From Candidatus Delongbacteria bacterium (lineage in GTDB: Bacteria > UBA4055), in contig JAFGUZ010000059.1 of assembly GCA_016938275.1 (NCBI GenBank), positions 9,977 through 73,976 of the forward strand: a stretch of DNA of 64,000 nucleotides, in the 5' to 3' direction. This document shows, in pieces, positions 57,719 to 64,000 of this stretch. The first letter of the stretch is position 1. Each line of letters opens with the position of its first letter. The position numbers and the translations under genes were made by a program. The notes beneath the pieces were generated by a model. It saw nothing but the letters and a program-made list of their open reading frames with translations. It did no database searches and had not been told where the DNA came from.

Positions 57719-58065
57719 CTGATTATTTTACTGATGATGAGCATTTTTATGGAAGACATTATAAATTTTGGCATCAATTAGCTGATAAAAATATTGCCAA
57801 TTTATGGAAAAAGATAGCACCTGCAAAAACACTTTCCATTTGGGGAGCCTGTGACTTTGTTACAACAGAACAGGATCATATTCTTTTAACTGATATTGTA
57901 AATTCTGCTACACCAAATTCTGCAGAGTTTATGAAAATTGATAATATTGATCATTATTTTAGACTAGTTGATTCACAAAAATCTAGTATCAGCAATAATA
58001 TAAATGGTGATTATAATGAACAATTAGCAATAAAGGTTCTGCAATGGATGAATGATTTGAGGTAG
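57715..58065 (+). CDS. C-terminal part of the same alpha/beta hydrolase fold (acid and His residues), in the +1 frame relative to 56681..57718
   Basis: WGACDFV (Asp) and NIDHYF (His) are spaced as expected after the GHSMGG serine. The overlap is ATGA. Confidence 0.45.
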   Translation: MTDYFTDDEHFYGRHYKFWHQLADKNIANLWKKIAPAKTLSIWGACDFVTTEQDHILLTDIVNSATPNSAEFMKIDNIDHYFRLVDSQKSSISNNINGDYNEQLAIKVLQWMNDLR

Positions 58066-58399
58066 AGTTAAGGATAACTTTATCCTCAAAAAATAAAGCT
58101 CCATCTTCAGCTTTTCAGTACTAGAAAAAGTTAAATGTGACGCAGATGATAAAAATATCTTAAGGGCGCCGGTTCTGTTAAGCTTTTTTGATTAAAAGAG
58201 TTCCTTGAAATAAAATTTTTATATTACGTTTCTTTTGAAAACATTGAAGTTTTATCATTTAACAAACGATCATCTCTTAATCCAATTAGGACATCATTTT
58301 AAAATATCCAGAGATAAAATCACTGGAAATGAAATTACTTTTCTTCGTATGGACTGATACCAGTGCAAGATAGCTCTTAAATTTTTATAGTAACATAAC

Positions 58400-58430
58400 A
58401 ATTCACTCTGGAATATATCTCCAGAGTGAA
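58400..58430 (-). terminator. Candidate terminator for gpmI: a perfect 12-bp hairpin (ATTCACTCTGGA-ATATATC-TCCAGAGTGAAT)
   Basis: Perfect inverted repeat 20 nt downstream of the gpmI stop, followed on the minus strand by a U-rich tract. Confidence 0.4.
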
Positions 58431-58449
58431 TCTTATCTTTACAAGAAAA

Positions 58450-59949
58450 TTAAACCAGCGATTCTCCATCCATCTCTTCCGGTTGCTCAACTCCCATGAT
58501 TTTTAAAATTGTTGGAGCTATATCCGCCAATTTACCATTCATCGGATCATATTCTTTTGACGCTATCATGAAAGGTACAGGATTTTTTGTGTGAGCAGTA
58601 AATGGAACACCGTCTTCCAGCATTTTTTCAGCATTACCATGATCAGCAGTCATTATAAAAGTGTAATTCTTTTCTACAGTTTTTCTATAAATTTCACCAA
58701 CACATTGATCAATTGTTTCTACAGCTTTTACTGCAGCATCAAAAATACCGGTGTGTCCAACCATATCACAATTAGCAAAATTTAAAATAATAAGGTCATA
58801 CTTTTCACTGTCTAAAGCTTTTAGGACATTATCTTTCACCTCCAGGGCAGACATTTCAGGTTGAAGATCATAGGTCTCTACTTTTGGAGAAGGGATCAAA
58901 ATTCTATCTTCATTTTCAAACTGAACGTCTACACCACCATTGAAGAAGAATGTTACATGGGCATATTTTTCTGTCTCAGCAATTCTCAACTGATTTAAAC
59001 CATTTTTTGAAATTACTTCACCAAGTATATTAGAAAAATTCATTTTTGGCACAATTGTTTTATAGGTAAAATCATCTCTATAACGAGTCATTGTAACATA
59101 ATTTAGATACAGTTTTTTCACAGGAAAATCTGTAAAATTTTCGTCGTTTAATGCCAAAGTAATTTCCCTGGCTCTATCGGCTCTAAAGTTAAAAAATATT
59201 ACAGCATCACCTTCACAAATATTTGATATACCGCTTCCATTATCAATTTTCGATGGTAGTATAAATTCATCGGTTGTATCTTTTTTGTAAGACTCTTCCA
59301 TAGCTTTTACTGCAGATTCGTATACTTCACCATTTCCATTTACCAAAGCATCGTAAGCTTTCGAAACTCTTTCCCATCTTTTATCTCTATCCATTACATA
59401 AAATCTACCAATAACTGAAGCTATTCTCCCTTTGGTTCCAACCAGAGAATCTTCAATTTCACGGATAAACTCAAGTCCACTATTAGGAGGAGTATCCCTA
59501 CCATCTGTAAATGCATGAATGAAAAAATTCAAATCATTTTTCGATTTAAGGATTCTAATTAACTCTTTCAGATGTTCAAGTGAACTATGAACACCACCAT
59601 CAGAAATCAAGCCCATCAAATGAACTGACTTACTATTATTTTTGGCATAATCTATTACTTCAACAAGTGACTTATTCTTTTCAAACGAGCCATCCTTAAT
59701 ATCTTTATCAATTTTTGAAATATCCTGATAAACAACTCTTCCAGCACCAATGTTTAAATGTCCAACTTCACTATTTCCCATTGTTCCCTCTGGGAGTCCA
59801 ACTTCTCCCCCACTACAAACCAGCTTTGAATATTTAAACTCATTAAAAAGGTGATCTAAATTCTCAGTTTTAGCTGAATAGATAGCATTATTCTCTTTCA
59901 TATCGGTGCAACCAAAACCATCTAATATTGTTAATATCACTTTTTTCAT
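58450..59949 (-). CDS. gpmI: 2,3-bisphosphoglycerate-independent phosphoglycerate mutase
   Basis: N-terminus MKKVILTILDGFG, with collinear iPGM motifs over 499 aa. Confidence 0.9.
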   Translation of the reverse strand: MKKVILTILDGFGCTDMKENNAIYSAKTENLDHLFNEFKYSKLVCSGGEVGLPEGTMGNSEVGHLNIGAGRVVYQDISKIDKDIKDGSFEKNKSLVEVIDYAKNNSKSVHLMGLISDGGVHSSLEHLKELIRILKSKNDLNFFIHAFTDGRDTPPNSGLEFIREIEDSLVGTKGRIASVIGRFYVMDRDKRWERVSKAYDALVNGNGEVYESAVKAMEESYKKDTTDEFILPSKIDNGSGISNICEGDAVIFFNFRADRAREITLALNDENFTDFPVKKLYLNYVTMTRYRDDFTYKTIVPKMNFSNILGEVISKNGLNQLRIAETEKYAHVTFFFNGGVDVQFENEDRILIPSPKVETYDLQPEMSALEVKDNVLKALDSEKYDLIILNFANCDMVGHTGIFDAAVKAVETIDQCVGEIYRKTVEKNYTFIMTADHGNAEKMLEDGVPFTAHTKNPVPFMIASKEYDPMNGKLADIAPTILKIMGVEQPEEMDGESLV

Positions 59950-60019
59950 TTCATACCTCTTTTAAATTTAAATGTATGTCCCATTACGGAAATGTAAACA
60001 ATTACATGAGTGATAAACA

Positions 60020-60748
60020 CTAATTACCAAACATTACGGATGCAGAATATCTTACACTATTTATATCAAGATCAGGCACTCCATCCATTACATTTTCAAA
60101 TTCATAATTCAAAACACCATCTTCATCTACAAAAGCATAAAGATAGCCAACAGACAATTGTAAAAAAATATTATCTGACAGAGCCATTCTAAGTCCACTG
60201 AATGCTTCAAAAGCCCACATATCACATTTTAAAGTTGAGCTATGAAACAAATTGGGGTGGTCATACGAATTGATCAGATCATCATATGTAAGATCACCAG
60301 CATCTTGACTTAGCAAAAGCCTTACAGAACCATAATTTACAGAACCTCCAACAAAATAACCAGTAGATCCCATTACCGAAGAATAATAGGAACCGCTTAT
60401 TCCACCATAACTTAGATCATATTTAATACTTCTGGATAATTTATATGTCTCAGTATTAATTTCTCTTACTACAGAACCACTGGTCGACGTAGAACCAGAA
60501 AAATATTGAGCTCCAACGAAAACAGAACTATTCAAAGCCCCGGAAACTTCACCCCCAAAAAGGAAAATATCTTCTTTAAGCTTTCCAACATCCAAATTTT
60601 TCAAACTTTTATTTAAGTCGCTTAAATCTGGTTTAATATAAGATAATGTTGCTCCCAATGCTCCATTGCTATAACTTCCAGATGATTTCTTGAAACTACT
60701 CTGAGCTGAAAGCAGAACTACAAAAAAAAGAATTATAACTATCTTCAT
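60020..60748 (-). CDS. Secreted Gly/Ser-rich beta-strand protein (outer-membrane-protein-like), function unknown
   Basis: Signal peptide. Alternating hydrophobic patterns and aromatic-rich beta strands. No catalytic motif. Confidence 0.4.
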   Translation of the reverse strand: MKIVIILFFVVLLSAQSSFKKSSGSYSNGALGATLSYIKPDLSDLNKSLKNLDVGKLKEDIFLFGGEVSGALNSSVFVGAQYFSGSTSTSGSVVREINTETYKLSRSIKYDLSYGGISGSYYSSVMGSTGYFVGGSVNYGSVRLLLSQDAGDLTYDDLINSYDHPNLFHSSTLKCDMWAFEAFSGLRMALSDNIFLQLSVGYLYAFVDEDGVLNYEFENVMDGVPDLDINSVRYSASVMFGN

Positions 60749-60877
60749 TTTTACCTCATTTTGAATTGATCACAATATAGGAAAAGTTTTAAAAAAATAA
60801 AATGACACATTTAACAATATCGTTTATCAAATAGAAAACATGGAAGCTAAAACTTAACTCCCATGCTATAATTTGCT

Positions 60878-63112
60878 TTAATTCACACTAATCTGATCGC
60901 AAAAGATCCATGGCATTCTTCTGTACTGCGTTTCAATTTCAACATAGTCTCTACTTTTAGCAAAAATTTTGATATATCTAGCTTTAAAAGATCCATTCTC
61001 CATAATAGAGTATATTTTATCCTGTGACAGATCCTCCATATCGTATCTTTTAATCTCATCAAAACTGATATTATCAATTGAGAGGGTAATATCAATATAT
61101 CTCGGTAAAAAAATCCAAATTCTTTTATTCTGAAGGAAATTTAAACTAATTGAATTAAAATCAGTTATTTCACCAAGATCTATTGTTACCTCCATATCAC
61201 TATTTTGAAAACCTTGCCAACATCCATCAGTATGAGTAGGCGACCCTGTCAGACCATCAACCAATGCGAATTCTTTAGTGGAGGGGTATCTATAGCTCCA
61301 ATTATTTTTATATGTCACTTCTTTACCAAAACTTTTTGATACATTAAAATCAAGTTCTCTCTCAGGACCTTTTTTACCATAACTATCAATAATGTAAAAT
61401 TTCAACTTACAAGAATTATTGATCACGATTGGTTTCTCGTACATCACATAATCATCTGTAGTTTTATAAAATATAGTCGAATCTTTAAGCTCAGAAAAAA
61501 GAGTAAGATTACATTGATTATCATCAAAATTTACGAAATGAAGAGGAACATAGGAACCTTTTGCAAAATTATACCCTTTAAAAAGATAATATTTTTTTTC
61601 AATTTCCAAATTATCCAAAAAACAGTTCCAGTCACGCTTCTGTTTTCCATTCCAGCCAATCTCACCAATTGCTGCAACTCTTGGTAGAAGCATGTACTCT
61701 GCATGTTTTTCATTTGGTACCCATTCGGTCCATAAACAGCCCTGAATACCCATCACCTTTTCCCTGTTCTGTTCCAATTGTTCAGGTATTGGATTGTAGT
61801 TAAAAATCTTATATATAGAATTGAAACCACCAATCGCTTTGGGCTCCATTGATGGATCATTTTGGTAATGATCAAAATAGGTAATTCCTGATGGAGTCAT
61901 AACTATATTGTGCCCCATATTAGCAGCTTTTATTCCTCCCTCAATTCCCTGCCAACTCATCACCGCAGCGTTGGGAGCCAAACCACCTTCTAGAATTTCA
62001 TCCCAACCAATCAATTTTCTGCCTTTAGAATTAATATATTTTTCTACTCTCTTAATAAAATAACTTTGTAACTCTTCTACATCTTTCAAATTTTCAGACT
62101 TAATTCTCGCACTACAGAGCGGACACTTTTCCCAATTCATCTTTCCAGCTTCATCACCACCAATGTGGATATATTCAGAAGGAAACAAGTCGATTACTTC
62201 ATCTAAAACATTAAAAATAAACTCAAAAACAGATTCTTTTCCCGCACAGAAAATATCCTTGTTCGGCCAATATGTTCCAGTAGGAACAGTTAATTTCTCA
62301 TCGAAACAACCTAGTTTTGGATAAGCAGCAAGAACCTCTCTTGTATGCCCCGGCATTTCGATTTCAGGGACAATGGTTATTCCCCTCTGTTCAGCGTATT
62401 CAATTATAGATTTTATCTCATCCTGAGTATAGAAACCACCATAATCAGCTTTTTCATCTGGCTTTTGATCTTTCCTATCCATCCAATCTTCACTACGGCT
62501 GGCTCTCCATGCTGCAATCTCTTGTAGTTTTGGATATTTCTTAATCTCAATTCGCCATCCATTATCATCAGTTAAATGCCAATGGAAAATGTTCATTTTA
62601 TAATGCGCTAGAATGTCTATGTATTTTTTGATGAAATCGGTATTAAAAAAATGTCTGGAAACATCCAAATGCATTCCTCTCCATTTGAAGTCAGGATAAT
62701 CGCTTAAATCAACAACGCAAGCTGAAACAGGTTTTCTATCAATATCAATTGAAAAACTTATGCAATTTATAAAGCTTATCAGACCATAAAAAGCTCCGGC
62801 ATAATCACCATACTTTATTTCGGCAGAAGTTCCCTCAATCTTCAACCCATATTGTTCACTATTTCCAAATGGGTGTCTATAGAAATTTATATTGAAAACA
62901 TTTGAAGTTTCATTCCTAGTTGTTTCCAATCCTTCAATATTTGCATATTCTTCAAAAAATGATCTAAAATCCGAATCACAATTAATTTTGAAAACTCTTC
63001 CTTTTAGATCAATTATACCAATCTTATCATTTTTTTTCGGTATCGGTATCATAATCTCCCCTAAATTATACCTTTTCAAACTCAAATTCAGTGAAGTGAG
63101 AATATAACTCAC
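60878..63112 (-). CDS. Beta-N-acetylhexosaminidase (GH20) with a C-terminal F5/8-type-C-like domain
   Basis: GH20 catalytic motif YIHIGGDE (H-x-G-G-D-E) and an upstream RGMHLDVSRHF TIM-barrel start. Confidence 0.8.
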   Translation of the reverse strand: MSYILTSLNLSLKRYNLGEIMIPIPKKNDKIGIIDLKGRVFKINCDSDFRSFFEEYANIEGLETTRNETSNVFNINFYRHPFGNSEQYGLKIEGTSAEIKYGDYAGAFYGLISFINCISFSIDIDRKPVSACVVDLSDYPDFKWRGMHLDVSRHFFNTDFIKKYIDILAHYKMNIFHWHLTDDNGWRIEIKKYPKLQEIAAWRASRSEDWMDRKDQKPDEKADYGGFYTQDEIKSIIEYAEQRGITIVPEIEMPGHTREVLAAYPKLGCFDEKLTVPTGTYWPNKDIFCAGKESVFEFIFNVLDEVIDLFPSEYIHIGGDEAGKMNWEKCPLCSARIKSENLKDVEELQSYFIKRVEKYINSKGRKLIGWDEILEGGLAPNAAVMSWQGIEGGIKAANMGHNIVMTPSGITYFDHYQNDPSMEPKAIGGFNSIYKIFNYNPIPEQLEQNREKVMGIQGCLWTEWVPNEKHAEYMLLPRVAAIGEIGWNGKQKRDWNCFLDNLEIEKKYYLFKGYNFAKGSYVPLHFVNFDDNQCNLTLFSELKDSTIFYKTTDDYVMYEKPIVINNSCKLKFYIIDSYGKKGPERELDFNVSKSFGKEVTYKNNWSYRYPSTKEFALVDGLTGSPTHTDGCWQGFQNSDMEVTIDLGEITDFNSISLNFLQNKRIWIFLPRYIDITLSIDNISFDEIKRYDMEDLSQDKIYSIMENGSFKARYIKIFAKSRDYVEIETQYRRMPWIFCDQISVN

Positions 63113-63977
63113 CTTTTTTTAATAGTACAGAATTTCTGTAACGATTGTTTGGAGCATTTAGGTAGAATTGGGGTTCAATGGCTATTCCACCAAATTTTTC
63201 GAATCCATGATAATTAAGATAATTTCCAGTATAGAATTGAAACCCAGGCATGTCAGTTTTAAATTTCATTAAAATATCATCATTGGAGAGTTCGCCCGAT
63301 AAAAAATCTCCTCTAGAACAGAAATTATTGTCTAAACCATTACAAATTCTTAATTGCGGATGATCAGAAGTTAGAAAAAAGTTCAATTCTCTGAAACTTC
63401 TAAAATCGTATATGGTATTGGCTACACTTACAGGAATCTCTTCACTAATCATTTCATTATTGAGAAAAGTAACAAAGTCACTATCAATTTTTAGCTTATG
63501 ATTTAAAATATTGCCAAAGCCATTTAAATTAAAGTATGGATGAATCGAAAGATTTATAAATGTATCTTTATCTGAAACAGCATCAAAATTGATGATTAGT
63601 TTATTTCCTATAAGGGTATATTTGATAAAAACATCTAAATTACCAGGATAACCCATATCAGAATCTTTACTTTTATGATAAAGAGTCAGTGAATTTTCAA
63701 CCAGTCTGTAAATTGACCAATTGATCTTAGAGAATCCTTTACTTCCTCCATGAAGATGATGCTTCCCAAGATTACTGTCTAAGCAATATTTTATTCCATC
63801 AATCTCAAAAGAGGAATTTTCAATTCTATTCGCAAATCTACCAATTATTGATCCAGAGTAAATATCATTTGTTTTGTATTCTGCGAATTTTTTGTAACTT
63901 AGAACCATGTTTTTATTTGTAAAAGAAGGAATAATTGATTTTAGTGAACCACCTAAAGTAACAATTTCAACATTCAT
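63066..63977 (-). CDS. galM: Aldose 1-epimerase (galactose mutarotase family); the start is close to the window edge and may be truncated
   Basis: HLHGGSKGFSKINW matches the mutarotase HLHGG..GF....W motif, and a C-terminal catalytic Glu region is present (GIAIEPQ). Confidence 0.75.
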   Translation of the reverse strand: MNVEIVTLGGSLKSIIPSFTNKNMVLSYKKFAEYKTNDIYSGSIIGRFANRIENSSFEIDGIKYCLDSNLGKHHLHGGSKGFSKINWSIYRLVENSLTLYHKSKDSDMGYPGNLDVFIKYTLIGNKLIINFDAVSDKDTFINLSIHPYFNLNGFGNILNHKLKIDSDFVTFLNNEMISEEIPVSVANTIYDFRSFRELNFFLTSDHPQLRICNGLDNNFCSRGDFLSGELSNDDILMKFKTDMPGFQFYTGNYLNYHGFEKFGGIAIEPQFYLNAPNNRYRNSVLLKKGELYSHFTEFEFEKV

Positions 63978-64000
63978 ACCTTCCCAGGATTTTATGGCAA

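Noticed and set aside
1-64000. Searched for CRISPR arrays, IS/transposase, integrase, prophage or restriction-modification / known defence-system genes
   Set aside because: I found no regularly spaced direct repeats, no transposase or integrase catalytic domains (only HTH remnants fused to TPR proteins), and no phage structural genes or recognisable defence modules. The window looks like core chromosome.

Overview
The window is a low-GC (roughly 30% by eye), gene-dense chromosomal segment from a Gram-negative bacterium. Supporting traits: an ADP-heptose LPS core pathway (a standalone HldE domain II and a GT9 heptosyltransferase), a T9SS-type C-terminal sorting domain on one secreted protein, Shine-Dalgarno sequences of the GGAGG type, and sigma70-like TTGACA-N17-TATAAT promoters. 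I found no IS elements, prophage genes, or CRISPR arrays. The content is mostly housekeeping and envelope or glycan metabolism, including alpha-L-fucosidase GH29, beta-hexosaminidase GH20, aldose 1-epimerase, manA, manC, ltaE, dxr, queC, gpsA, gpmI, arcC, cinA, dprA, thiE, and ferritin. There is a chemotaxis cluster (cheX-like, cheY, cheD, cheW, and an atypical cheA) and a long hybrid sensor kinase. An ECF sigma and zinc-finger anti-sigma pair is followed by three tandem paralogous beta-propeller lipoproteins. Two paralogous regulators fuse a transposase-type HTH to TPR repeats, and two tandem AMP-binding ligases lie in a long overlapping-gene operon with dxr, meaB and rfaE2. The most notable single locus is a strong candidate selenocysteine tRNA (anticodon UCA) at 25480..25578. 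I regard as most likely novel the sigma/anti-sigma/beta-propeller lipoprotein module, the REC-Cys-rich-tandem-HPt CheA, and the HTH-TPR regulator family. All calls come from reading the translated ORFs and the DNA by eye; no database search was run.
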